Below, piece after piece: positions 45,180 through 56,726 of a stretch of 64,000 nucleotides of DNA; the stretch's first letter is position 1, and the number at the start of each line of letters is the position of its first letter. Both the position numbers and the translations under genes were made by a program. A model generated the notes under the pieces. The model saw only the letters and a list, made by a program, of their open reading frames with translations. It ran no database searches and had not been told where the DNA came from. The stretch lies in the NCBI GenBank assembly GCA_965205505.1, contig CBDBHB010000009.1, positions 1,472,001 to 1,536,000 of the forward strand, given 5' to 3'. The DNA is from Acidobacteriota bacterium (lineage in GTDB: Bacteria; Acidobacteriota; UBA890; WLXD01).

Positions 45180-48100
45180 TCAGAGCTTCTCCAGATTCAC
45201 CAGGAACCCTTTGTACTCGGGCGTACCGGAGTTGGGGTCGAGCACCGAGGGCGTCAGGTTGTTCACCAATGGCCCGCGCACCCGGCCGACGAAGCCCCAG
45301 TGGATCGGAATCCCCACCTGGTAGACGGGCCGCTCAGCCACCTGCAGGGCGCGCAACCGCTTGGTCACCATTGCCGGGCCCTCGACCCTGCCGCGCGCCG
45401 CCGTGACGGCGACGCGATCGCCGCTGGTAATACCCTTCTCGCGCGCTAGCCCCTCGGGCACCTCGACGAAGAACTCCGACTGCAGCTGCGAGTTGGCGGC
45501 CACGTGCTTGGTCCAGTAGTGGTAGTGCTCGGTGAGCCTGAAGGTCACCGCCACATAGGGGTACTCGTCGGCGCTGCCCAGCGGGTCGAGCTCGCCATCC
45601 ATGATGATTGCCATCGGGTTGGCGTTGACTGTCGGGTGCAGCAGATTGTCGACGGGCGATTCCACCGGCTCGTAGTGCTCCGGGAACGGTCCCTCGACGA
45701 AGTCCGGCGCGAACAGCTTCGCCACACCTTCGGCGAGCATGATGAACGAGCCGTACTGTTCGGGTGGTGCGGTCGCCGCGTAGTCGGCAACGTCACCGAG
45801 ATAGCGGCCTTGGTCCCAGCGGATCGGCGCGCGCGTTGCGTCCCACGGCCGCCCGTTGGCGTCGGCCGAGGCGCGGTTATAGAGCACGCGGCGATTGGCG
45901 GGCCAACTCCAGGCGTAGTCGGCGAACAGACCCAGCCCGGTCGGATCTTCCTGGCCGTGCCGATCCATCATGTTGCCGTCCTCGTTGAAGGAGCCCGAGT
46001 ACAGCCAGTTGCCGCAGAGTGTCGATCCGTCGGCGCGCAGCTCGCCGAAGCCGGCCACCTGGCGGGCATCACCTATCGACCGGCCGCTGATTTCTTTGGC
46101 CACCTCGGTCAGCGACGGCGACACCGCGTTGCCGTAGTCCCAGGCGATGTTCAGCAGCGGATCCGGCGCCGTGCCGCCCTCCTGCCGGTACAGCTCGCGC
46201 AGCTTCAGGAACAGCCGGGCGATGATCTCCTGGTCGTTCATGGCGTCGCCCGGCGGCGGCAGGGCAGCGTCTTTCCATTGCAGCCAGCGCGATGAGTTCA
46301 CGAAGGTGCCGTCCTTCTCCGCAAAGCAGCCGGCCGGCAGCAGGAAGACCTCGGTGTCGATGTCGGCCGGGTCCAGCGCGCCCGGGTAGTACTCGCCGGC
46401 GAGCTCCTGTGCCTTCCAGAACGCCGCCGTCTCGGTCTCGAAGTTCTCGACCACGATCATCCACTCGAGCTTGCCGAGCGCGTCGATCATCTTCGGGGTG
46501 TTGGGGCCGTTGGCCACCGGGTTCATACCGAACGTGATCAGCCCTTCCATCTCGCCCTTCGACATGCGGTCGAAGATCTGCCCCCAGCTGTGGTCGGCGT
46601 TCTCGTCGAGCTTCGGCAGCCAGTCGTAGCCGAAGTCGTTCGAGGCCTCGGCGTTGGCTCCGTAGTAGGCCTTGAGCAAGCTGGCCATGAAGCGCGGCGT
46701 GCTGCCCCAGTAGTTCATCGAGTTCGGACGCAGCGCTCGCGGCGAGTTGGCGGCGTTGTACTCGGCCAGCGACGTCCACTGCGCCCGTGGGACCTTCAGA
46801 TAGCCCGGCAACATGTTCCAGGCGCCCATATCGGTGGCGCCCTGGATGTTGGAGTGGCCGCGCTGGGCGTTGACCCCACCGCCGGGCATGCCGACGTTGC
46901 CAAGCAATAGCTGCAACATCGCGGCACAGTGGATCAGCTGCACCGAATGGCTGTGCTGGGTCCAGCCAAGCGCGTACAGGATCGTGCCGGAGCGGCCCGC
47001 ACGGCCGGACGAGGTGATCACCTCGGCGGCGCGCTCGAACTCCTCGGCGGTGCAGCCGCTGATCGATGCGACGACGTCGGAGGTGTAGCGCGAGTAGTGG
47101 CGCGCCATGAGCTGGAACACACAGCGCGGATGCTGCAGCGTGGGATCGACGCGGGCGTGGCCGCGGGAGTCGAGCTCGTAGCTCCAGGTCGACTTGTCGT
47201 AGGCCTTGCGTTCCGCGTCCCAGCCCGAGAAGTGCCCGTCCTCGAAACCGAAGCCGTCCTGGATCAGGAACGCGGCATTGGTGTGCTGTGCGACGTACTC
47301 TCGGTGGTAGCGATCGTTGCTCAGCGCGTAGTTGATTAGCCCGCCGAGGAAGGCGATGTCGCTGCCGGCGCGGATGGCGACGTACTCATCGGAGACCGCC
47401 GCCGTGCGGTTGAAGCGCGGGTCGATGCATACCAGCTTGGCGTTGCGGTTCTTCTTGGCCTGCATGACGAAGCGGAATCCCACCGGATGGTTCTCGGCCG
47501 GGTTGCCCCCCATGACTAAAATCACATCGGCGTTGGCGACGTCCGTCCAGCCGTTGGTCATTGCCCCGCGACCGAACGTGGCGGCCAGACTGGCCACCGT
47601 GGGGCCGTGTCATAAACGTGCCTGGTTCTCGTACGGCAGGATCCCGAGGCCGAAGCGCAGCTTGCCGAGCAGGTAGTTGACCTCGTTGGTGTCGGTACAG
47701 CCGCCGATCAGCGCCAGGTTGGTGAGGCGGTTTACCGTACGGCCCTGCGCGTCGCGCTCCTCGAACCCGGCGTCACGTGTGTCCTTGATGCGGCGCGCCA
47801 TGCGATCGAGAGCCTCGTCCCATGAGATGGGCTCGAAATCCGTCCCCCCGGGGGCGCGGTACAGGGGTCGTTCCAGCCTGCGGTCATTGTTGACATAGTC
47901 CTTCAGGCTGATGCCCTTCGGGCAAAGCGTGCCGCGGTTGATCGGGCTGTCGGGATCGCCCTCGATGTGTACCACCGTTGGCTTCACGTTGTCGGCACGA
48001 TCGCCGAGCGTGTGGATGACGACGCTGCAGCCGACGGCGCAATAGGGGCAAATGCTGTGGGTCTGTGTGGTGCGCGCGATCTTGAGCTGGCGGACCGCGG

Positions 48101-48194
48101 CGTGTGCTGGGCGCAGATCGAAGCCGAACGCGGTGGTCGCGATTGCCGCCGCGCCTGCCTTGAACAGCTGCCGTCTCGATACGTCCACACCCAT
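45180..48194 (-). CDS. fdoG: Selenocysteine-containing formate dehydrogenase alpha subunit (FdnG/FdoG type, Tat-exported)
   Basis: SRRQLFK Tat motif, CPYCAVGC, ENQARL-U-HGPTVASLAATFGRGAMTN with in-frame TGA at 47610-47612, RGHSNIQG. Confidence 0.93.
47577..47612 (-). promoter_or_regulatory. Sec UGA codon and bacterial SECIS element
   Basis: UGA CAC GGC CCC ACG GUGGCCA-GUC-UGGCCGC: hairpin with GU in the loop just downstream of the UGA, as in fdnG/fdoG. Confidence 0.85.
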
Positions 48195-48439
48195 TCGCTC
48201 GCCACCCCGACACGTTGATCCTACGGCGTTTCTTGGAGTATCAACGAAGCCGCTCTGCCGAGACTATACCTGTCCGCGAGCGTATTGTGAGAATGGCGGC
48301 GATTGAGTCGCCCTCGCGCCGGGCGCCTGGTCGTCCACCGAGCGTCGTCGATGTCGTCACGATGGATGCCCCGGAGCACGCTACATGTACCCTCAGCGAA
48401 CGTATCCGGCCGCGCGTATCGGAGGCTTGAACCAAAACC

Positions 48440-48973
48440 ATGAGACGCCCTGCGCCGTCGGCGTTCGTGCTGATAGTCGGGATGTGCGGTGCCGCCGGAG
48501 CGTCGCCGAGCGCCGCGTCGCAGCAGCCGTCGGCGGCTGATCGGGCAATCACGTCGCCCATCCGGCGCCAGATCATCGCCCCGACGGCAGCGACCAGCGA
48601 CGTCAAGGCAACGCGGCGAACGCTTGCCGAGACCCTGGAGTTTTGCCTATCCAACAGCGACAAGCGCGCCCTGTCGGCGCACCACATAACCGACGGGTGG
48701 GAGCGTCACTTCAACGCCGATCGGCTGCAGACCACGGCGTCCACCTTCAAGACGTTGGTGCTGATTGGCTACGCGGAGGCGGTGGCCGATGGACGCGTCG
48801 CGCCGCACGGCGCGCCGGGGGGACGCGCGATCAACCCCGACAAGCTCATGACGCTGTCCGGCGCGACCACCGTCTCGGTGGCCGACAAATTCCTCCTCGG
48901 CGTCGTCGATCCGAACGGCAAGCTCAAGGAGAACGTGGAGAACAACAACGTTGCCTACCAGAGAATCCGTTAG
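48440..48973 (+). pseudogene. Internally deleted relic of an exported serine hydrolase (beta-lactamase fold) with a CARDB-like end
   Basis: Signal peptide, isolated ASTFK (SxxK) segment, then VVDPNGKLKENVENNN; far too short for either fold. Confidence 0.45.
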
Positions 48974-49052
48974 CAGTTGGGATGCCTGCGCTTGACTCAC
49001 TGAAGATCATAGATAGTCATTGTTTGTCGATGATTAGTCGCTGAATTTCGAG

Positions 49053-49826
49053 ATGGCCGTGTCGCCTGTCGGTGCGCTACGTTACCCACTCAGCCTCGGG
49101 CGCCGTTGTCTGCTTTCGGCTTCGCTGGCTGCCGGCCTGGTGGCCAGCTCTTTGTCCGTCCCGGCTGCGTCGCAAGAGGGGACAACGGTGCACGACGCGG
49201 TGTTCAGCAGCGCGCAAGTCGAACGCGGCCAGGTCAGCTACGAGACCCACTGCGCCTCCTGTCACGGCGCCGATCTCGGGGGCGACAGCGCCGGCGCTCT
49301 TGTCGGAGAGGACTTTCTGCGTAGCTGGACCGGCCTGTCGCTCAGCGGGCTGTTCGAGTTCGTCCAGGCCATGCCTCCAGAAGCCGCGTCGAGCCTCGGC
49401 GACCAGACCTATCTGGACATCCTCAGCCACATCCTCCACACCAACGGGTTTCCGACCGGAGCGGAGGACCTGCGTACCGACGTCCTGGCGGCGGTGCTGC
49501 TGCAGGGCACCGAAGGCCCTCAGGAAGTACCCGACTACTCGCTGGTGCAGGTGGTCGGTTGTCTGACCCGAGGATCCGACGACGCATGGATCGTGACTCA
49601 AGCGAGCGTCCCGATCCGCACCCGGAACCCCGCGGCATCGACCGGCGGCGCGCTGCTGGGCGCGAGTTCGGTGGCCCGCGGCTCGGCGTCCTTCGAGCTG
49701 TTGAACGTGTTTCCGCGCCCGGACGATCTGCAAGGACGCCGCGTCGAGGTGAAGGGCTTTCTTATCCGCGGCGATCGGGACGCGCTCAACGTCACGGCAT
49801 TGTCGAGTTTGTCAGCACCCTGCTAG
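49053..49826 (+). CDS. Exported monoheme cytochrome c domain protein
   Basis: RGQVSYETHCASCHG, axial MPP, C-terminal VVGCL domain. Confidence 0.88.
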   Translation: MAVSPVGALRYPLSLGRRCLLSASLAAGLVASSLSVPAASQEGTTVHDAVFSSAQVERGQVSYETHCASCHGADLGGDSAGALVGEDFLRSWTGLSLSGLFEFVQAMPPEAASSLGDQTYLDILSHILHTNGFPTGAEDLRTDVLAAVLLQGTEGPQEVPDYSLVQVVGCLTRGSDDAWIVTQASVPIRTRNPAASTGGALLGASSVARGSASFELLNVFPRPDDLQGRRVEVKGFLIRGDRDALNVTALSSLSAPC

Positions 49827-50007
49827 TGGCCTGTAACAGATGATCGTTGCATTTCGCCGCCATCCTACGGACAGATGGGCAGTTGCGGGCGATATCGGCG
49901 TTGCGCCTCGTCGACGATGCCCACCGCATCGACATCCTAGCCGCGCCTTGATCTCACCCGCAAATCCCATCTGCGATATGCAACGATCATCTGTTACAGG
50001 CCACTAG
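49823..50007 (-). mobile_element. MITE type B, one-module form (185 bp)
   Basis: Perfect 30-bp TIR CTAGTGGCCTGTAACAGATGATCGTTGCAT; both CTAG ends provide stop codons of the convergent flanking genes. Confidence 0.9.
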
Positions 50008-51524
50008 TGTCCAGCGCTCGTTTCCCCCTCCGGCTGAGCGACCGGATCGATGCCCTCACGGAGCATGATGTCGAGGATTGCTGCGGCGGTGGGCCGTGAG
50101 CTGATGATGTTCATACCCCGGTGGACACCTTCGGCGATCTCGAGTGGCGTCCAGCCCCTCGAGTTCTGCCGATTCCAGACGGCAACGTCAGCTCCCTCGT
50201 CGGCGAGCAGCCGGACGACCTCGGGTACCGCCTTGTAGGCGGCGCCGTGCATCGCTGTCTCGCCCTTGAGGTCCACGGCGTTGATGTTGCCTCCTAGCTC
50301 GAGTGCCAGCCTGACGGCCTCGATCACCTCGGGCTCTGTGCCCGGATCCTCGCCCGGTGACGAGGTGCCGAGGCCGGCGGCAACCATTAGCGCCGTCGAC
50401 CCATCGTCGTTGGTCAGCAGCGGATCGGCCCCCAACTCGACGAGGAGGCGCATGTAGTCGGCGTCGGCCGTCCGTGCGGCCAGCAGAAACGGCGTCCCAC
50501 CCACGAAGTTCAGCGCCGTAATTCCGGCGGGCGGACGCTTGGTTACCCGTGCGTTCACGTCCGCACCGGCCGCCACGAGCTTGCGGACAAGCTCGAGGCT
50601 CTCCATGTCACCCGAGCCCTCGGGCGCCGGGTTGTTGCTTCCGGCGATGCCCGCCTTCCGTACCCACGTGACCTGGTGGAGGGCGGTCCAGCCGCGCGGC
50701 GCCGCGTTCGGGTCGGCGCCGCGATCCAGGAGCTTGGCAGCGAGCTCGTAGTGCGCGTTGCCGACGGCCAGCAGAAAGGCGTTGACCCCCACGTCGGAGG
50801 ACGAGTCTCGTTCTAGACCGCCCGCGGTCCGCCGTGCATTCACTGTTAGCGACTCGTCGAGGCTGGACCCGGCATCCAGCAGGGCCTCGACGGCTCCGAT
50901 GTGCCCTTCGCGGGCTGCGAACAGCAACGCGGTGAACGCCTTCTCGGAGGCGGCGTGGACGTCCGCATCATGCGCGAGTAGCGCCTTGATCACGTCGATG
51001 TGGCCCTCTGCGGCGGCCCACATCAGCGCCGTCTGCCCGCGCCAGCTCTCGGTCGCATTGATGCGGGCTCCGTGCGCGAGCAGAAGCTCGACCGCCGGCA
51101 AGCTACCGGTGCGGGCAGCTGTCATCAGGACGGTCTCGCCCTCCGCGAGCGTGGCGTTCACGTCGGCGCCCGCGTCTAGCAGCGCCAGGATGATCGACGC
51201 GTCGCCGTTGACGGCGGCGAGGGAGATCGGCTGCACGCCGTAACGGTTCGTCGAGGTGGCGGTGGCACCCGCCGCCAGCAGCAACTCGATCACTTCGGCG
51301 TCGTTTCGATACGCGGCCCAGTGAAGCGCGGTCGTCCCGTCTGCCTCGGGCTCGTCGACGTCGACGCCCTCTGACAGCAACGACCGAACGGCTGCTGCGT
51401 CGGTGCGCTTGACGGCGTCGACCAGAGCCGCATCGGCGGCCGCGGCGCTGCTGCCGGCGGCGACCACAAAGACGACGGTCGCGGCAAGGGAACGGAGCAT
51501 GCTCAGCTTCAATGCGGTGATCAT
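50004..51524 (-). CDS. Exported ankyrin-repeat protein
   Basis: Repeated G.TALHWAA / GQTALMWAA..GADVN motifs; signal peptide. Confidence 0.92.
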   Translation of the reverse strand: MITALKLSMLRSLAATVVFVVAAGSSAAAADAALVDAVKRTDAAAVRSLLSEGVDVDEPEADGTTALHWAAYRNDAEVIELLLAAGATATSTNRYGVQPISLAAVNGDASIILALLDAGADVNATLAEGETVLMTAARTGSLPAVELLLAHGARINATESWRGQTALMWAAAEGHIDVIKALLAHDADVHAASEKAFTALLFAAREGHIGAVEALLDAGSSLDESLTVNARRTAGGLERDSSSDVGVNAFLLAVGNAHYELAAKLLDRGADPNAAPRGWTALHQVTWVRKAGIAGSNNPAPEGSGDMESLELVRKLVAAGADVNARVTKRPPAGITALNFVGGTPFLLAARTADADYMRLLVELGADPLLTNDDGSTALMVAAGLGTSSPGEDPGTEPEVIEAVRLALELGGNINAVDLKGETAMHGAAYKAVPEVVRLLADEGADVAVWNRQNSRGWTPLEIAEGVHRGMNIISSRPTAAAILDIMLREGIDPVAQPEGETSAGH

Positions 51525-51546
51525 GTCACACCCGAATATCGAGCCA

Positions 51547-52893
51547 TCACAGGCTCATCGGCGCGAGCACTTCGCCCGCCCGGCCGGTGCTGTCGACGAA
51601 GCTGTCCAGGTGCACCCCGACGTGATCCAGCAGCGCCAGGTGCAAGTTTGCCAGCGGCATGGCCTCGTCGTACTTGATATGCCACCCACCCTTGACCTGC
51701 CCGGCGCCGCCGCGGGCAACTACGATCGGCAGGTTGGTGTGGTCGTGCACATCCGGGTTGCCCATCCCGCTCCCCAGCAGATAGGTCGTGTGGTCGAGCA
51801 GCGTGCCGTCGCCATCCGGGGTCGACCGCAACCTCTCGAGCAGATACCCGAAGAGCGAGACGTGATGTGCGTTGATCTTGGCCAGCTTGGCCAGCTTGAC
51901 GGGGTCGTTGACGTGATGAGACACGGGATGATGGGGCTCCGGCACGCCGATTTGCGCGTAAGTTCTCGTGCTGCCCTCGCGCGCCAGCTGAAACGTGATA
52001 ATCCGGGTCATGTCGGCCTGCAGTGCCAGCACCTGCAGATCGAACATCAGCTTGACGTGCTCCTCCCACGACTCGGGCACGCTGGCGGGACGATCGAGGC
52101 CCGGAAGCGGCGTCGAGTCGGCATGTTGCTCGGCCCGCTGGATGCGGCGCTCGACCTCGCGCACCGTATCGAGGTACTCGTCGACCTTGGCACGATCTCC
52201 ACCCCCGAGCTTCGCCTGCAGCCGGATCATGTCGTTCATCACCCAGTCGAGGATGCTGGCGTTTGTCTTCATCTGTGCCTGGCGCTGCTCGAGCGTGCCG
52301 CCGTCACCGAACAATCGCTCGAAGACGGCGCGCGGGTCGGATTCCGGCGGCAGCGGCGTCGTTGGTGACGACCACGACAAGCTGTTCATGTAGACGCAGG
52401 CGTAGCCGTTGTCGCAGTTGCCAACCTGCGCAATCAGATCGGTGCCCAGCTCGAGCGAGGGAATCGGCGTCGCCCCGCCGATCTGCGCTGCCGCGATCTG
52501 GTCGACGGTCGTGCCCAGCTGGTAGTCGCTACCTTCGGTGCGCTTGCCCCCGGTACAGCTCAGGAACGCAGCATTGGACGACGCGTGATTTCCGGTCGTG
52601 TAGGCGTTGCGCAGCTCCGTGTTGGTGACCACGGTCAGGTGATCGAGGTAGGGGGTGAGCGAAGCCAAAGACGGTGACAGCTCGGTGATGGCGCCCTCTC
52701 CCTTGGGAATCCACGGCAGTGGGTTCATTCCCATCGGGATGAACACATATCCGAGCCGCCGCACGGGGTTCGCCGCGGTTCCGACCTGTGCGGACAGCGC
52801 CGGCACCATGGCGTCCAACAGGGGAAGCGCCAGAGTGGCGCCGACACCGCGCAGGAACGTGCGGCGCGGCAAGGCCATTTTGGTGACGATCAT
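51547..52893 (-). CDS. DUF1552 domain protein (Tat-like N-terminus)
   Basis: LPRRTFLRGVGATLALPLLDAM, TVDQIAA, SLELG, CDNGYAC, GDGTLLD, H.H.NLP. Confidence 0.9.
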   Translation of the reverse strand: MIVTKMALPRRTFLRGVGATLALPLLDAMVPALSAQVGTAANPVRRLGYVFIPMGMNPLPWIPKGEGAITELSPSLASLTPYLDHLTVVTNTELRNAYTTGNHASSNAAFLSCTGGKRTEGSDYQLGTTVDQIAAAQIGGATPIPSLELGTDLIAQVGNCDNGYACVYMNSLSWSSPTTPLPPESDPRAVFERLFGDGGTLEQRQAQMKTNASILDWVMNDMIRLQAKLGGGDRAKVDEYLDTVREVERRIQRAEQHADSTPLPGLDRPASVPESWEEHVKLMFDLQVLALQADMTRIITFQLAREGSTRTYAQIGVPEPHHPVSHHVNDPVKLAKLAKINAHHVSLFGYLLERLRSTPDGDGTLLDHTTYLLGSGMGNPDVHDHTNLPIVVARGGAGQVKGGWHIKYDEAMPLANLHLALLDHVGVHLDSFVDSTGRAGEVLAPMSL

Positions 52894-55284
52894 TGCGACC
52901 TCCGCATCTGAAACGGACGACTCTTTGTGATGGCGAGCACGAGCGACGAGAAACGATAGTCGTTTTGTGCCGCGTTTCGCACGATGGCGCGCACGGCTGG
53001 GGCATCGTGGTAGTCGACGCCACGGCCCAGGGCGAACGTAAGCAACTTTTCCGTCATCGTACCGACGAACACCTGCGGCCGGGCCAGGATCGCCGAGCGC
53101 AGTCCCGCTACGCCCTCGAAAGTCGCACCGCCGGGGAGGCTCCCCGACACGTCGATCGACGTGCGGTTCTCGCCGAGATCGCGCCATCGTCCAACGGCGT
53201 CGAAGTTCTCCATCGCCAGGCCGGCCGGGTCCATCAGCTGGTGACAGGCGGCGCACACCGGATTGGCGCGGTGCTCGACCATGCGTTCGCGCATCGACAA
53301 GGCCCTGCGGCCCGGTTCAGTCTCCGGTAACGGCGGCACCGTCGTGGGCGGCGGCGGCGGTGGCATCCCGAGGATGTTGCTGAGGACCCACTTTCCACGC
53401 AGCACGGGTGAGGTGCGCGTCGCGTACGAGGTCACCGTCAGGATGCTGCCGTGCCCCAGCAGTCCGGCCCGCTCGCTTTCCTCGGACAGCTGCACCCGTC
53501 GAAAATGGTCGCCGTAGATGTGCGGCATTCCGTAGTGTCTGGCGACACGCTCGTTGACATAAGTGTAGTCGGCGGTCAGCAGATCGACGACGTTGCGGTC
53601 TTCGCGGACGATGCTGTCGAACAAGAGCTCTGTCTCGCGACGAAATCCCTGGCGCAGGTTGTCGTCGAAGTCGGGAAACAACCGCAAATTAGGCCGGGCG
53701 GCATCCAAGTTTCGCAAGTGCAGCCACTGCCCGGCGAAGTTGGTGCTCAGCGACTCGGCCCGCGGGTCCATCAGCATCCGGCGAACCTGAGACTCGAGCA
53801 CATCCGGTTTCCCGAGCTCGCCGCGCCTGGCGACGGCCAGTAGCTCGTCGTCCGGAATGCTGCTCCAGAGAAAGAAGGACAGGCGCGTTGCCAGCTCCAG
53901 ATCGCTGAGCAGATACGCCTCGCCCGAGGCGACATGGTCGGCGTCTCGCTCGATACGGAACAGGAACTCGGTGCTCGACAGCAGCGCCCTGAGCGCTGTC
54001 TCGATCCCGGCCTCGAAGCTCCCCGTCGCGCGGGCGTTCCGATAGAACGAGAGCAATGCGGCGCTGTCAGCGTCGGTCACGGGGCGCCGATACGCACGTC
54101 GGGCCAACTTCGAAATGATCGTGCGCGCGCACGCTTGTTCGTCGTCCGCTGAGGCGCTGGCCGGCTGGCACACGAAGATCCGCTCACGGCTCGGCGTGGC
54201 GCCTGAGCCGGCGGCTTCGAACGGACCGGCGACGGCGACCGAGTGCACCCCCGGTTGCGTCCTGGGATGCCGGTCCATGTTGAAGTGAGCGTGGTAGGGC
54301 TGTCGCTCGGTTTCGATGAGTGCGGAGTTCTTCTTGATGAACGTCGCCGTAACAAACATGCGGGCCGGCCTCGACCGGCACTCGAGTCACCAGATCCTTG
54401 TCGACATCCACGTCGGAGTAGTAGTCGCCGAAGTTATTTCGATTCGGCGTGATCGTGAAGAGCTGGAGCCGCTCGCCGTCCAGGGCGAGCTCCATGACGT
54501 GGGGCTCCGTCAAGCCTTCGACGTTCTCGTTGCGGTTGCGCGAAAGTCGGACCCGGAGCTCGTATTCACCCTCGAGGGGAAAGTTGTAGCTGACGGCGGT
54601 GCCGCCGCGCGTGCCGAACGGCAGCCCGTCGAAGTGGTCTTCCTGTGTGAGATCGGCGGGGAGGACCACGACATGACTCCCCGGAGCCAGCAAGGCACTG
54701 CCGACGGCCGCCCGACTGACCTTCTGTGCGGCCGACAGATACCGATCCATCAGCATCGGCGAGAGACCGACGGCGCCGACGTTGTCGAACCCGTAGCTGG
54801 CGTCGTCGCGCGGCAGCAGCGCGGTCACGTCCACATCGAGCGCCAGCAGATCTCGCACCGCGTTCTGATACTCCGTCCGGTTGAGCCGGCGAAATGTGTC
54901 GGTACGGCCAGGGTCCGGGTTGCTGGTCGCAACGCGGTCGAGCTCGGTCTCCAGATACGCCAGCAGGTCTTCGTAGCTGGCCTCATCGGGCCGGGCGATC
55001 CGGGCCGGTGGCATGGCCCGAGCATTCAGCTTCCTGACGACCTTCTCCCAGACCTCGACGCGCTCGTCGATGCGGTCGAGCTTGACGGTATCGAGGGCAA
55101 GTCCGCCCGCCAGGGTTTGCTCGTTGTGACAGCTGGAGCAATAGGTCTCGACGAGTGCCGATTGCACCGAGACGTTCGGCGCGGCTTGCGCTGGGGTCGC
55201 CCGCGCACCATTGGGTGGCCAATAGACAACCGACAGCCCAATGGCCGCGCCCACCAGTACTCGTCTCGTGGTACGCACCGTCAT
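52890..55284 (-). CDS. Cytochrome c + DUF1587/1595/1592/1588/1585 protein, with a +1 frameshift near 54355
   Basis: YCSSCH, RRLNRTEY, RLSFFLWSSIPD, FAGQWL, SPVLRGKW, CAACH; halves in ORFs 54184-55284 and 52890-54359. Confidence 0.85.
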
Positions 55285-55385
55285 ATCTGCACCTCCCGGC
55301 TTCCCCGGATGACGCGGATTATACGGCAGACACAGCCTTGCAACACAGTGGAGATGGGGCGGCGTCGCGCTGGTCTCGGAGGCGG

Positions 55386-56726
55386 TTACCGGGATGGGAA
55401 CAGCGCCCGGTTCAGGATCGACTCGAAGAGCTCTTGCTTGGCGCTACGAGTCTCCGGCGCGGCGTTCGTGGATGCGATCTCATAGAGGTCGACGAACTCC
55501 AACTCACCGGATTCGAAAGCAGCCCCGGGAGCGGAGCGGAAGCTTGCGTAGCGTTCGTCGCGCAATCGCAGATAATCCGACTCCTCGAGGATGCTTGCCG
55601 CAACCAGCAGGGCACTTGCAAAGGTATCCATACCGGTAATGTGGGCGATGAACAGGTCATCCGCGTCGGTCGAGTTGCGGCGCAGCTTGGCGTCGAAATT
55701 GACTCCGCCGGTTCCGAGCCCGCCGGCTTGGAGCAATACGAGCATCGCCTCGGTAGTTTCGTATAGATCCACCGGGAACTGGTCGGTGTCCCAGCCGCTC
55801 TGGTAGTCGCCGCGGTTGGCGTCGATGCTGCCGAGAAGACCGGCATCAGCGGCCACCTGGAGCTCGTGCTGGAAGGTATGGCCGGCGAGCGTCGCGTGGT
55901 TGACTTCGATGTTGAGCTTGAAGTCATCGAGCAGGTCGAACTCGCGCAAGAAACCGACCGCGGTTGCGGCATCGTAGTCGTACTGGTGCTTCATCGGCTC
56001 CTGCGGCTTCGGCTCGATCAGGAAGACGCCGTCGAAGCCGTGGCTACGCGCGTAGTCGCGGGCGGCGTGCAGAAAGCGCGCCAGGTGCTCGCGCTCGCGC
56101 TGCATATCGGTGTTGAGCAGGCTCATATAGCCTTCTCGCCCGCCCCAGAACACGTAGTTGCTGCCGCCTAGAGCAATGGTGGCATCGAGCGCGCACTTCA
56201 CCTGGGCGGCGGCGTGGGCGACGACTGCGAAATCGGGGTTGGTGGCGGCGCCGTTCATATAGCGCGGGTGCGAGAACAGGTTGGCGGTACCCCAAAGCAG
56301 CTGCACGCCGGAGGCACGTTGCTTCTCGGCCGCATACTCGACGGCTGCTCGCAGGCGACGCTCGGACTCGCCAACGGAGTCGCCCTCGGCGACCAGGTCG
56401 ACGTCGTGGAAGCAGTAGAACGGCACCCCGAGCTTGGTGATGAACTCGAACGCTGCATCCATCTTCAACCGCGCCGCGGCGAGCGGATCGGGCTCCGTCG
56501 ACCAGGGGAACTCACGTGTCGGCGCGCCGAACGGGTCGCCGCCCCCAACGCCGAAGCTGTGCCAGTAGGCAACCGCGAAGCGCAGGTGCTCAGCGAGCGT
56601 CTTGCCGGCCACGGTGCGACCGGAGTCATAGGTCTTGAAAGCAAGCGGGTTGCGGGAGTCTGGTCCTTCGAACGCGATCTCCCCGACCTGCGGATAGAAC
56701 TCGTGGTCTCCGATCGTTACGGGCAT
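55386..56726 (-). CDS. xylA: Xylose isomerase (class II)
   Basis: FAVAYWH, FHDVD, WGGREGY, EPKPQEP, EVNHA, GWDTD, NFDAK. Confidence 0.95.
   Translation of the reverse strand: MPVTIGDHEFYPQVGEIAFEGPDSRNPLAFKTYDSGRTVAGKTLAEHLRFAVAYWHSFGVGGGDPFGAPTREFPWSTEPDPLAAARLKMDAAFEFITKLGVPFYCFHDVDLVAEGDSVGESERRLRAAVEYAAEKQRASGVQLLWGTANLFSHPRYMNGAATNPDFAVVAHAAAQVKCALDATIALGGSNYVFWGGREGYMSLLNTDMQREREHLARFLHAARDYARSHGFDGVFLIEPKPQEPMKHQYDYDAATAVGFLREFDLLDDFKLNIEVNHATLAGHTFQHELQVAADAGLLGSIDANRGDYQSGWDTDQFPVDLYETTEAMLVLLQAGGLGTGGVNFDAKLRRNSTDADDLFIAHITGMDTFASALLVAASILEESDYLRLRDERYASFRSAPGAAFESGELEFVDLYEIASTNAAPETRSAKQELFESILNRALFPSR

Noticed and set aside
45180-48194. FDH alpha subunit as a nonsense-split pseudogene
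   Set aside because: The TGA is at the Sec position and is followed by a SECIS hairpin.
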